A DNA stretch of 64,000 nucleotides from Azolla caroliniana (Eukaryota > Plantae > Polypodiophyta): NCBI GenBank assembly GCA_043228905.1, contig JBHGNT010000001.1, forward strand, positions 25,234,001 through 25,298,000. The letters run 5' to 3'. The position numbers and the translations under genes were made by a program. Below, in pieces: positions 14,213-28,050 of the stretch (position 1 is the first letter of the stretch; every line of letters starts with the position of its first letter). The notes beneath the pieces are model-generated. The model had not been told where the DNA came from, searched no databases, and worked only from the letters and a program-made list of their open reading frames with translations.

Positions 14213-14368
14213 TAATATTCTAATGGATTATAATAAGAGTATTATCTTCAAACCTTTACACATAAGTATGAAAGGAACATAGTTGTAACCTAATATTCTA
14301 ATGGGTTATAAAAGTATTATCTTTAAACCTTTACACTATCCTAAGTGTGAAAGGAACATTGTTGTAAC
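14213..14368. repeat. Two-copy ~78-bp tandem repeat next to a (CA)n tract
   Basis: taatattctaatgg...aaaggaacat.gttgtaac repeated twice. Confidence 0.8.
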
Positions 14369-14519
14369 ATTGTTGGAAGAACTATAAACTCGCTCAGTCA
14401 CTCACTATTTTTTCTCACCTCTTTATTGCTCCATACATATCTCTTAATTTACTAGATGCCTCTGTAAAATGTAGGGGTTGAACCCACGACCTCCTGGTCT
14501 CCATTGGACAACCTTACAA

Positions 14520-15335
14520 CCTAAGAGTTTGAAAATGTCCAAAAATATTTTCTTGCAAAGTTTCTATAAACTACGAAACAAAAGTTATACACCCTCCTTG
14601 AGATGGGATCACTTCACATTAAGATCATGGTCATGGAAAGGGTTGTTGAACACATACTTAAGGTTCAAAAAAGTCACTCATGTCGACTTCTTAGAATTGC
14701 ATGGCAAGCAAGCAAAAATATCCAAAATTTGCAAGATATGGAAAATTGATTTGGTAGATGGGATGCAACACACTTGCTTCATGATGCATCATTAGATTCC
14801 TCTATAAATAAGGCCTTTTGCAACACCAGTGTATCATGACATGGGACAAATGTGGAGGCTCACGCTTCACACATTATACTACACATGTTGCACCTAACAT
14901 AAAACTATATTCTTTGTAGAACGGGGAAACTGTACACATCGATACATGATAGAGCCCATCCCATTGTCTGGTATTCGAACCATTGCTTCCATGCGACTTA
15001 GCTCACATGCATTGTGATGTGAGAACAGAGCCCTAGGGCACAAGTGATGAGAGTGGTCAACTATGCACACTTTGCCCTAAACAAGCTTGACAATCTGCAT
15101 ATTATACTTTGATACAATGTTATGCCTTTGATCATATTCAACCATGCTTACCACACATCTTCAACCAAACCCAATCTTTGCACGAATTTCTCTCACAACC
15201 ACAATGTGCACTCTCATTTGCAACATTCATTGGCAAAGCTCTTGAACATCAAGAGTCACTACTCACTTTCACATGTATAACATGAAATGTAATATTTTTG
15301 GGTCCATAGGTCATATTTGACCTCCGAAGACAATA

Positions 15336-15394
<59 letters not shown>
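14520..15394 (+). mobile_element. Old 5'-truncated RTEX-like LINE 3' fragment with terminal hairpin and (CT)26 tail
   Basis: Degenerate translation IMVMERVV...IASMRLSSHAL*CE...LCTLC...TLIQC.AFDHI resembles the C-terminal zinc finger of the LINE at 21-26 kb. Hairpin AGGTCATATTTGACCT at 15308-15323, then GAAGAC, then (CT)n at 15343-15394. Confidence 0.75.
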
Positions 15395-15397
<3 letters not shown>

Positions 15398-18300
15398 GAA
15401 AACACACAATTATATTAATAAATGTGTGTAAAAAACACTACTTACAATGGGTGTGACCATGAAGTATGGTCACCCACTAACAACACTACACTACATGGGT
15501 AGTAGAACATGTTGAATTGCCAATAGGCAAGACGAACACTCCACTGAGGAAAGGATTTCCACTTGCTCCAATAAAGAAAATTGCCACATTAGTACTCCCT
15601 TCAACTTTCGTAGATATGCTTTCACTCCATGTCTACCATCGAATACAAAAGCGTTGCGCATATTCCAATTATGACGCAATCCCCAATATCTCAGAAATAG
15701 AAAAACGATCTCCATCTCTGACTTTGGGTCCACCTGTGTAAATTGTGCAAACACCCACTGTCTAGGTGTCAAATAACATTGTGATAAAACTTGCCAAATT
15801 TGAGAAATGTAACTCCAAATCTAAGAAGCAATCGGACATTGTATAAATCGATGAGTACTATCTTCCATTTGAACAATGCAAAAAAAGCAATTACCCGTTG
15901 CTAGTCCACGACGCTTTAGAGCTAATCCCAAAGGCAATCCTCCAATCAAAACTCTCCAAATGAAGGCCTTTGCTACAAGTGGCAATTTAGAATGCCAACT
16001 ACGTTGTAAGATTTGCCACCACCCATGATCAGATTTGTGTAATCTCCATTCATCTTCAGCCTTAGATGATAACCATCCAAGAGACTCAACAGAGCAATGA
16101 TACAAAAGATTAGTAGTCACTTGTAACAACGATGTTTGTCCCTTTAAACACCAATCAATCTACGGTTGTTCTCCTATTTGTAGAGGTAAGGGACCTTGCA
16201 TCAATGGAATATTTTGTAGTTGTTGCCAAATAAACCCATAATTAGGCGGAATGCGTAATAATTGTCGCGCTTCAACAAACTCCAAAATTCTTTGAGATGG
16301 AGCCTCAACTATATCTCCCACCTCTTTGACCCCCAAACGAAACAAATGATTAAATTGAGAGTGCAATCTCTCCTTTCCTGGCCAACATAATAACCGAGAA
16401 GACACAAGTAACTCTTTTTGCAAAGAATTACAATGCTCTCTACTAGATGATGTTTTCCATACACATAACAAGAGTGCTTCTTGTCATGAGGTAACCAAAT
16501 GTTGAACACATGTAGAGCCTGGAATCCTAAGTGAAATACATCCATTTAGTAATTGCTACCATGAAGCCTTAATTGTTGTCCTCCCATGTGTTAAACTCTT
16601 GTTCTCAATGAAATATTGAACAATAGATATCCATGGTTGTAGGTTTGAACACATGTCTTGTAATAATGAAAATCTACGAGCCATCATATGCTTAGATAAG
16701 TTCAATATTCCAGCTCCCCCCAAGCGCTTAGGAGTTGCTAGATGATTCCATGCAACCCAAGTGATTCCATCTTATCCCTCTTCTTCCACAACAAATATCG
16801 AAGAGGTTGCAAAATAGAATGCAAAGCCTTCTTCGTCCATGGCAGTAATGGCAAGTAATATAATATCATAGGTTCCATAATACATTGTACAACCTTCAAC
16901 GTACATGAAATGGCCAAGATTGTGATTTCCAATACATGAACTTATCCCTCAACTTACTAGATATCCATTCAATCAATTGACCATTTGTAACATTCATTCC
17001 TAATGGATAGCCCAAGTGTTGAAAAATAGAGCCTTTCTTCACCACGGATCCTTGTCATCCTAAACATTCCAAATCCCTTCCAGTACATGATATGAGACTA
17101 GAATTCCTCCAATTAATATGTAATCCGGAAGCCAATGCAAATTGGTTCCATACAAGCATCCCCTTCTCAAGATTCTCTCGTGAGGCTTGTAGAAACATGA
17201 AAGAATCATCTGCCAAAGCTTGTGCAACTAGTTGCCCTCCAGACGGAAGGTGTAGACCCACAATATCACCATTTGTTGCAAGCCTTGATAGCGTCACTAA
17301 CAATGGATGAGTAACAATAGCAAACAACAACAAGCTAATAGGGCATCCTTGATGAACGGATCTTGTAAGGGCAATATCTGATGCAACTCCCCCATTAAAC
17401 ATGACTCGAGACACCGCATCTTGTCCTAATAAAAATATGAGGCGAGACATACGGGGTCCAAAGCCCATTGTATCATTAACCCATAAACAAAGGACCAATT
17501 AACATGATCATAAGCTTTCTCCAAATCTAATTGCACCATAATCAATTCTTGATGAGTGTTTCGAGCATAATCCATGGCCATTTGAACATTCAACACATTA
17601 TGCAATATATTCCTACATACAATAAAACCATATTGGGCGGGATGTATCAACTTTGGCAAATACTTTTGTAATCTATTTGCCAAGACCTTTGTAAATATCT
17701 TATATAACCCCCTCATCAAAGAAATAGGTCTCCATTGATGAAATGACTCTGGAGATGCCACCTTTGGAACTAATTTAATTAGACCAGCCTTCCAAGCTTG
17801 AGGCATACGACCAGAATCCCAAGAATGTTGAAACATCAAAGTTAAGGGCCCCTTTAAAATGTTCGAATATCGCTTAAAAACTTCATTTGTCAAGCCATCC
17901 CAACCAGGGTTGTTACCACTAGGAAGATGCCTTAAAACTGTGTCCACCTCATCCTCAGTGAAATCCGCATCCAATTCATGACTAATGAGGTCATGCACAA
18001 CACATCCAACCACATCATAAAACTCATGACATGCTCTACTCACCTCATTTATCATTAACAATTGTGGGCCAATCAACTCCTTAAAGTAATGAACACATAT
18101 GTCAATTATTGTAGTAGGATCCACTATCCATTCATCTCCTTACTTCACATGTACCACATTAGATCGAGTATAAGTAGGATGTAATGCTTGGAAAAACAAA
18201 TGAGATTGGCATTGATTATTTATGAGTCCATCCCTCAATTGTTGCATCTTTGCATAACGATAACTTTGGCATTGCAATTGAGAAATAATAACATGCAATT

Positions 18301-21050
18301 GACTTTGGATATCCAAAAGTTCCTCATCTAATGGTGAATGTATCAATAACGCATTACACCTAGAGAGAACTTGTGAGAATTGTAGAAGAAGACCTCTTCT
18401 TCGTTGAGCATTAGTTACTCCATACATACGATGAGTGATCTTAATATTTCGTAATGTGATACCCCATGCTTTAACTCCTTTAAGATTCACTTCTTGTGAA
18501 AAATTTACCAAAATTTGCTCCATGAGAGAATAAAAGTGAGGTTGAAGCAAAAGAGAAGAGTTAAAGCATAAAGGAGGCTTTCCAAGTAAGGATTTATACA
18601 TGTCAATTGCATGACCACAAAACTCCAAACAAATAGGAAAGTGATCGGAAGTTCCTACATCTTGTAAAATTGCCATACGAAGTGATGTCGGTAAAAAAGA
18701 ATCATTGTGCATCACATACATTCTATCTAACCGACTCCATATTTGTCTATGTTGAGCGGATTGGAAAGTAAAACCTGGATCAATCCCATGCAACCATGTC
18801 CAAACATCCAACTTCAGAACCTCCATAGCCAATGAATCCCAAGCAAGTTGCTCGGGATCATCCATGATTGAATGTTCAGACATAGATTGAGATGCATCAA
18901 CACACATGTTAAAATCACCCATAAGTAATCCTGGGCGGCCCACACATAGGGTTTGACAGAGTGAGCCCCATAATGCAATAGGTTGAGTGGCTTGGTTAGG
19001 GGCATAAATCCCAACCACCCACACAACCTCGCCAAAAAAAGTGATTTCTAGAACCAAAAACCGACCATAAGGATCATTATGCACCACCCAAGGATAATAT
19101 TTATCCCACACAATTAATACCACATGAATAATGATTATTAAGATGTCATGCATAGAATGATGAATATCCACACAAATGAACTGTGGATCCTGCTAACTCA
19201 TGACACTTATGCTCAACTGCACATAATATATCCCATTCTTTACTTAACAAAGTTTGCCATAATATATACTTCTTATGAGGAGAACATGGCCCTCTCACAT
19301 TCCATGTTACCACTTTCATTCAATCAACAATGTTATGGGTGCACTTGCTCCTTTAGAGCAACTGATGTCATGAAACTAGTCAAAGCATGTTCCAATGCTG
19401 CATATGGATTTCCATGCACCACATACTTAGTGTTGTCTATTGAACTCTTTTGTTTAGGTTCTCCCGCTTGACGGAAACCTCGAGAATTCAATGAATTAAT
19501 AACCCGTCCCAATGAATCAAATTGAAGGTGAAGGGGTAATCCCTTATCCCTAAATTGTCTTTGCCAAGGACCTTTTTGAGGACCATCCCTAGTTCCTAAA
19601 TTACTTTTCCAAGTAGTCTCACGAGTAGTGGGCAAACTATTACGTTGCATATTCATTGATTTGCCCTTCGACTTGCCCTTAACCTGATGCCAATCCTTTT
19701 CAACAACAACATCATTACTAGTTCTATCCAACAGTTTTTTTCCCTTATCTATAACCACCAAATTTTGTTTTTCCATATCCATAGATTGAGTGCCCTTATT
19801 CTTAGGGCCCAAACCTAGAAGTGAAACCTCTTTATAGCCTACTCTAGATGATGTTCCTTCATCCATAACAACCACCATATCTGACACACCAACATCTCTT
19901 CCAACTCCTTCCTTACCATTCCCTTCATTAGGAACCTCTATAGTTGAAGGACAATGACGATGGCATTCTGCCATAAAGTGACCACATTCACCACATCCAA
20001 AATAGTGACCTGCAAATGTCTCCCACTTCAATTTAAAACAAAGTCTTTTCATTGCAGGTGTGTTCATATGCACCCATCCTGGCCTCTTACAGCTTGTATC
20101 CCATAACACACAAAATTTGCACTTATTTGTAGCATTTGCATGTGGAGATACCAACATTTTACTCATTTGACTCATCAACTCTAGTAAAAGTGGCCATAAA
20201 AAAGCATGCTTACAATTCACTGTTACCCAAACAGGGCATTCTTGTTTCAACAAAGCATGATAGTCCACAACGGGGGACCATTGCATTACATGCACCAATC
20301 GTTTATCAAAAAACATCAGAACTTTAGCCAACAATGCACTTCAATGTTCCGGTGAACAAAACACTACATCATAAAACCCTCGTGGTCCTGCATATATATT
20401 TTCAACACAATTTGGTGACACGATTGTGTTCAACCATTGTTTAATCCAATTAATGTATGGGAGTTTCCTAGTAAAAAACAATATAACCGCATGATCATAG
20501 AATACATCAAAAGATTGCAACATTGCCTTAGCATCAACATCCACAGCATGCACATCCTCATCATTGCATTCTTTCGCTGCATTTTCATTTTTTTCCACAA
20601 TATCTGACAATAAGGTATTGGCAATTCCCCATAAATTATCCCAATTACAATGATCCTTGTCAACCTCATCTACATGTATTACTTCGGCATATGTCGTTTT
20701 TTTCTCATTAATTTCCTCAATGCCCTTAAACCTCTTAGAGCTTCCAATGTCTTCCCGTTCACGATTACATTCAACCATCACATTACTCTTTTTTGGATCA
20801 ATTGTTTCCATATCAATGTCCCCCACAATTTGAGAGGGATTCGTGTTTATATCCATTATTCTTGATGTGATAGTGATCCGAGATAAAAACAATTTTCCAT
20901 GAACAAGAAAGACAACCGGAACTCACCCGATTGAAGAGGTCGAAGATGATGAAAACAATAGAAGATCCGCAATGTGTGTTGAGTATGTGGATGTCAACAA
21001 CACACAACCTTATTTTAATCGTTGCTTCTCGCACAGACCACCAAATTTAA
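15395..21050 (-). mobile_element. Near full-length degenerate L1-clade LINE: ORF1 ~20856-19333 (frameshifted, zinc knuckle), ORF2 19319-15491 (APE endonuclease, RT, zf-RVT)
   Basis: MKVVTWNVRG, GDFN, SRLDR, SDHFPI, PGWDG, WRPISL, LDLEKAYDHV, QGCPIS, ALADD, FIWR..CFFC..EDSTHRFIQC; ORF1 knuckle CGECGHFMAEC. 5' boundary approximate. Confidence 0.92.
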
Positions 21051-21099
21051 CTTGCTATATCTTGTTACGAAGCTCTAATCGAGGGCTTTCCAACGCATA

Positions 21100-24000
21100 T
21101 CTTTATGCTCAATTCCATTACCGATAGAGAGCGCAGCAATAGAAACAATTTCTCTTCTTCTTGTCGTCATCGGTTGTCGTTGTCGTTGTCATCGATTGTC
21201 GATGCAACCGCCATCGTCAACTATCGCTGCAACCGTCGTCTGTCCTCGTCAACTGTCACTGTAGCCGACACCGTCGACTGTCGTTGTAACCACCGTTTGT
21301 TGTCGTCGTTGTCGTCATTTGCCGTTGTTGTCCTTCGTCGTCGTTTGGTTTGTGGCACAGTTGCCATTGTCGACCGTCGTTGTCACCTACACCTCTTACG
21401 ACGTCGTCGGTTGCGTAGACGAGAGAGTACAAATGTGCTTCTACAGTTGTACCTAGCACGCAAGACATCGATGCTCGGCTAAGTTTTTTCTGTCCTTTTT
21501 GACTTTTTCTTTCTTTTATCTTTTGAATTACAACATGACTTCTCGACGAAACCATAAGGAAACACACGACGAAATTATAAGTAAGGAAGAATTTTTAGAT
21601 GTCCTTAACCGGTTAGTTAAAAGGGAAAAATGGGCAAAAGAGATTGAAGCTCAAAAACAAAAAGATAAGGAAGAAAAAGAACTACTTATTGTTGAAATAG
21701 TGAAACTTAAGGAAGACAACGCGACCCTTCAAAAACAAGTTAAGGACCTTGAGACATCTAGGGAAGATGGTGAAATATATTCCCTAGAGGATATTAAGGA
21801 CGAGATAAAAAAGGTTAAGGAAGAGGTTTAAATCGATATGGAATTAGCAAAAACTAGGTGGGTTGGTGTAGTAAAACGTAATATTAAAAAGGAACTAAAG
21901 GATGAAAATATTGTAAACACCACCCTTGAAGAGGAAAAAATGCATCAAGCTCGACACTTAAACGGAAGAGTTACTGGGCTCAAGGAAGGGGCATCTCCCG
22001 ACGAAGATGCACAAACATTAGGGAAGATGTTGGGGTACGAAGCCCTACCAATCACTAAAACTTGGAGAGTAGGACGTGACACCACTAGGAAAAGAGCTTT
22101 AGTCCTTCAGTTTAAGGACTCAGAATCTAGGATCACCTTTTTTTAAAAGAGACCAATTCTTCGAGGATTGGGTGGGGATCCTATCTATCTCGATGAAGAC
22201 TTGACCAAGATGCAAATTGAGCATCGTAAAACTTGTATGCCACGAGTCATACAAGCTCATAAAGAAGGGCACCGTGCTTTTTACCAAGACGGACGTGTGA
22301 TAATTAATGATCGTGCCGCCAATTGACGGCGTGTGGCCCATGTGACAAACAATAAACTTAGGATGACCTTATGGAATTGTAACGGTGCACTTTGGACACA
22401 CCTTGGCCGTCTAGAGGACATTTTGAAGGTATCTTATATACTTTTTTTAGTAGAAACACATCAGAGTCCAAATCGAGGACTGCCACAAGTTGACAGTTTT
22501 CATTGGGAATCTATCTTTAGACAAACATCATGTTGACACACTACTAGAGGGTTTGGAGGGGTTGCGATACTATTTCGAAGAGAGATACATAATAGGATAG
22601 AAATACTAAAGAAAGACCCAGAAGCCCGTTTTATGTGGGTGAAAATCCTCACTAGCAAGGATCAGGTGATATTTATCGCCGTTTGTTACTTCCCCCCGAA
22701 AGGATCCCGGTATAATACGGTTGGAGAGGCAAATATAGTTGATGAAAGAATGCCACATGGGCCTTCTCCATACGAACCTTTATCGGATGACATAATCCGA
22801 TATTCTTCTCAAGGGGAAGTCTTCCTTGTAGGGGATTTTAATGCGAGAACCCAATCCCGACAATGCACAATATTTCAGATGGATAGAAACTTAGAAATGG
22901 TGAATGTCGACCCTTTAGCCTTAGGCATAACACGTACATCAAAAGATCAAGGTGTGGACGCCACAAGCTTTGGTCATCATCTGCTTGAACTTGGAAGTCG
23001 ACACCAGATGATTATATATAATGGCTTAGCCAAGTGGTCGGGCTCGGAATAGCTCACATGTTTCCCACGTGGAGGAGGTGAAAGCACAATTGATTACCTA
23101 ATAGGACGCCCTGAAGCTACCCACATGGTTAACTCTTTCTGAGTGGCCCCATGCCCCATTGGTGCAGACCATAGCTTCCTATACTTTGAGCTAAAATGTG
23201 ACATCTCCCAGCCACCAACTCTAGTCAACCAACCCATCACACCATAATACATTTCACGCATGAGCTCGTTGACATCTACTCTCGACATGTACAAGCCCAT
23301 CTCTCCTCTTTTGATTCTTCCTTGCCTTTAGAGAACCTCACTACAGAACTCATACATATCCTTCACTCAACAGCAACTAGTAGCTTCCCATGCATGAAAG
23401 GTTCCAATCATAGTAGAATAGGGTCTATGCCACAGAACAAGTGGTATGATGAGGATTGTAGAGAGTTGTATAGACAACTTAAGGTGTCGCGACTTAGTGG
23501 TACTATTTCCTCAGTACAGGCTCACAAAGAGATGCGCAAGATGACACGTCATAAAAGACGAGCTTGGAAAGCATCTCAATATTGGGAACTCTACCATATG
23601 TTCATGAGTAGGGACTGTGCCCTTGCATGGAAGAGACTACGGGAACCAAGACCACAAACACCCATCAAGGATCCCATTATTTGGCACACATATATCGAGA
23701 GACTCTACCATGTCCCGAACCAACCACCCATTCCAATGCCTTCCACACCTCGACCTACTATGGGGCCACTTTTCACGACCTCTAGGGTCACGAAAGTCAT
23801 AAAAATGTTACAACATAGGAAATCCATGGACCACATAGGATTGCAAGCTGAGCACATCATATATGCTCGAGAGTGCCTAGCCCCCCCCCCCCCCCCCCCC
23901 CTTCTCACTGTAATCTTCAACCATGCCCTCGCCGAGGGTTTTCCACCACAATGGGCCATGAACACAGTGGCTCCTATAAATGAAGGAGGGGACCCAATGG

Positions 24001-26248
24001 ACCCAAATACATATAGGACCATTATGATAGGTCATACACTCACTAAACTATATGGTGCAATAATGGAAGCGGAGCTCATCGATTATATGGAAACGTTAAG
24101 TCTTCGCGCACCTGAGCAGGCTGGCTTTAGACGAGCCTTCTCCACCATTGACCATATCTTCACACTTAGGTGCTTAATTGACCAGACGAAGGATCGTAAG
24201 AAGAAACTATATTGTTGCTTTGTGGACTTCCGCAAAGCCTTTGACACGGTACGGTTCCTAGGGAGAGGTTGTTTGATAGACTTAAGAGCTTGGGGATACC
24301 AAATGACATGATCTAGGCCATTTATGCCTTATATGAGCAAGTCTCTGGGTGCGTACGATGCCTAGGTGGCCTATCCGATTGTTTCACTAGCACCATTGGT
24401 GTAAAATAGGGTTGCCCCTTGTCACCGACTCTTTTTGGGATCTACATTGATGAGATCACTGATTTTATTGCTCAAAAGGGAGGCAAGGGAGTAGGTATTG
24501 GGGACACGCAAGTTAGTCTCTTACTCTACGCATATGACATTGTCTTGCTCTCGGAGTCGGAACACGACCTACAAAAGCATCTTAATGCCCTAGATGACTT
24601 TTGTACACAACGAGGACTGGTAGTGAATCTAACGAAAACTAAAGTCCTTATCTTTCATACATCATCCCGAGTTAGGAGTAAATGTCACCTAACCCTCTCT
24701 CATAAACTAGTTGAGGTAGTGGGATCATATGTATACTTGGGAGTCACTTTTAGTGCTCACTCAGGTAAATTCTCGATGACCCAAGCAGCCAAAGATAGGC
24801 TAACGAGAGGGTATGCATCCCTCTCACTCTTAGAGAGACAATGCCACCAGGCATACTTTCAAGAGCCACGGACTAAGGGATGGCTCTTCGACTCATTAGT
24901 GACCCCTTCCCTCATGTATGCATCAGTAGTATGGGCTCCAGGTCTACCATCCTTCATGTGGACGCAATTAGAGAGACCTTTGGTGACGATGTTATCACGT
25001 CAACTCCGAAGCAAATCGACAGTACCACATGACATTATTAGAGCAGAGTTTAGCCTACCCCCGATGTTAGTAGAAGCACTCTTTCAAATGGTAGTTTTTA
25101 TTCATCGAATGCATAGCCAACCACAAGATAGGATATCCCGTTGAGCCTTTGAGGCATCTCGATCCCTACGTGCATTTGGAGACACTAGCTCTTGGTATAG
25201 CATTGTGGTGAGTTGGTTACTTGCAAACGGCATAGACATTAATAACCTACCTCCCCTTAAGTACAACCATGGGACTGATCAAACTTTAATCTCTCATGAA
25301 GACCGTAATAAAGTGATATGCCAAGAAATATGGCAAATTTACACTCGATATAAATGGATCACCCCACGAGAGTCACTCACATCTAAAATGTTGTACTATA
25401 AGGAACATTTCTTGCACTTCTTTAAGTTAGGTTTTATTACACAACCAACATATCTAGATACATTCTTATCAAATGCACTAAGTGTGGCCATTGGAAAACT
25501 TAGGATATCATCTCACCAACTTGAGATTGAGAATGGTCGAGCTAATAGAGTCCCTAGAGAGGAAAGGCTATGTAGGTTATGCCACATAGAGGTAGAGGAT
25601 GAGTATCACTTCACATGCAAGTGCCCAACTTATGCCGAGATACGGGCAGAATACCAAGTCATATTAGGACCCTCTCCCACCCTCTCCAAACTATTAGATA
25701 CCCCGAGTGTAAAAAGACTAGGTAGGTATATCTTAGAGCTAAAACAACATAGGGAGAATAAATTACAAAGTGTTAATCATAACCCTTTTCATCAACATGT
25801 AACTAGTGTAATTTTTTAGGAACAAGGGGAGACGATGAATGCGGATACACTTACGCCGTTCAGCCTCTCCCTTGAGGAAGCAGAAATACAAAGAATAACC
25901 AAACGCCCTCGAATGATGGGCTTCAAAACAAGTCGACGTGGAGTAGAAAAGATTAAGAAGATAAGGGAACGTGAGCTACGTCGACTAGAAGCTATGGTTG
26001 GGGTACCTTTTACATTGGGACCAGGGGCCACATCCACATCGCAACCCTTTGACCTCCTGCTTCTCTTCGAGAGACTTGGATGGAAATGAAATTAGGCCTA
26101 GTATAACATGTTTTCATTGTAGAACATGTTTTTTTTTAGAACTATTTTTTATCTTATTTTGATTTTTTACTTTGAACGATGAATGGGTAAATATCCCATT
26201 TTTTGTAAACCATTTGTCTCATGGGCCAAATTTGGCCTTAGAAGACGT

Positions 26249-26292
<44 letters not shown>
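21100..26292 (+). mobile_element. Near full-length degenerate RTEX-like LINE: (GTC)-rich 5' UTR, coiled-coil ORF1 21535-~22325, ORF2 ~22363-26089 (APE, RT, CCHC finger), 3' hairpin and (CT)20 tail
   Basis: MTLWNCNG, ETH, GDFNAR, IDY, EQAGFRR, FVDFRKAFDTV, GVK*GCPLSP, LLYAYD (mutated YADD), YVYLGV, LRISSHQLEIENGR..ERLCRLC..EDEYHF..KC. Clade assignment is from motif recollection; 5' boundary approximate. Confidence 0.88.
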
Positions 26293-26319
<27 letters not shown>

Positions 26320-28050
26320 ATGTGGTTGACCTTTACTACGATGCTTTATAGCTAACAAATTCTCATTTTCTAAATTGGTTGAGGAGTTAGCATAGTTGCC
26401 TTGACCTTTGCAATTGTTCCCATCATGCTTTTGCCAACAATCTTTGGCATAGTGTCCATGCTTCTCACTGTTGACGCATCTATTTGCATTGGAGTAGTCT
26501 CTGCCTCTATATCTTCCTCCCTCACCTCTATGGCTTCCTCTTCCTCATTAGGAATTTCCTTCGTCTTGGTTTGCTTGACTTCCTTGATTTCTTGCTTCTA
26601 CCTCTTCCTCTTGATCCACCTGTGCAGCTTTTGCCTCTTCCTCCTTTTTTTGCATAGAAGAGTTGGTCATGGCTTTCTTTTGATTTTTTGTCTCCATGTT
26701 TGAACCTCCTTAGTAACCATGAGAGAATTGATTGTTCAAAATCTAGTAATAAGTCCCTTACATGCACAAAGGTTGCGAATGTCTTCCATGTATCATTTTC
26801 CCTAAGACCATTGAGTGTGTGGACAAGTAAGTCATCGTCATCTATGACATATATCCTATTGAACCAAGTGCATTCGAAATCTCTTTTATTTTGAGTATGA
26901 AAACATTGATGTTATGATTTGATGAATTCCTAAGGTTGTTGGGCTCATTCTTGGGCTGAATTTTCCTAGCCTTTGTAGATGTAGTATCTAGTTCTTGGAT
27001 ATGACCTATTATGTGAGTTGCGTATGTGTGGAGATAGAATGAAGATCACACATTTATCCCTCCCCTCCCATTCTATGGTCACTCTCCTTTTACCTCAGTA
27101 GGTGCATTGGGATGTATGTAGGCCTTCACCTCAGTACCACTAGCTAACCCCCATAAACCCTTTTCCATGAGGAAGTTAGAGATTCTAAACATTCAAGTTT
27201 GGTAGTTGCTCTTCTCAATCTTTTCAGTCTGAGTGTTATAGTCTCATATTGTGTATGAGACTATCTATTGGATCCTAATCCCTCCTTGTATTGTGATAGA
27301 GATGAAAAAGAATATATATTACCTTCCCATAAGAGCATCCTTTTTTTTTAATCATTTGATGATGATAGAAACTCCTCCTTCCCTAAACTCCTTCAAATCT
27401 TCCTAATCTTTGCTTCAATCCGTGGCTCTTCAAAGCAACTTTTAAATTTTGTACATTAAATGTTGAATTCCCAAGCTTTCCAATAGGCTATAATTCACTA
27501 AATTTTGTGAACTTTATGTGTGTAAACTTCCTTGCACAAAACAAACTCAAAATTATCAAAACATGTATCTAGCATCTGTATCTTATGTTTCAAACACATC
27601 ACTTATGAATATACAAAAAAAAAACTAGAGGGCTTTCAAGCTAAGTATACTCGAGAATATAACACTTTTAAACTTTGATTATACTCAAAAGAAGGCTTAC
27701 AAGACTAGAAATAAAATGAGCTATATTAAGCCAAGTGAGTATGTTTAAACCTAGATTATGCACTCCCAATGAGAGCCTACAAAATACCCAAAAACTAAAG
27801 GTGATATACCACTCTCCAATGCTTTGCTTATATAGTGCTTCAACAAAAGTTTGCTTGAAATTTGAATTCAAAAAGTTATGTCCGAATTCCCCCACTTTTC
27901 TTCATTACAAGGCATGGACAAGTGGTTGTATATTAGTGATGTGGCATTTGGCTAAGCAATGCTTGTGATTGCTAGAGTTCTAACAAAAAACACACCTACC
28001 CACTTGGTTTTAGCAACATTTGACAAGTATAGTATGTTAATCGATACCAC
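26320..28050 (-). mobile_element. Degraded Ty1/copia remnant (gag and leader)
   Basis: Minus frame EKIEKSNYQT*MFRISNFLMEKGLWG at ~27230-27150, Gly/Arg-rich linker and GHYAKDC knuckle at ~26440. Possible PBS remnant TGGTATC near 28045. Confidence 0.65.

Noticed and set aside
15340-26292. AAT(CT)n at both ends as one target-site duplication
   Set aside because: AAT(CT)n is also the natural 3' terminus of both RTEX-like copies, so it cannot be counted as a TSD.
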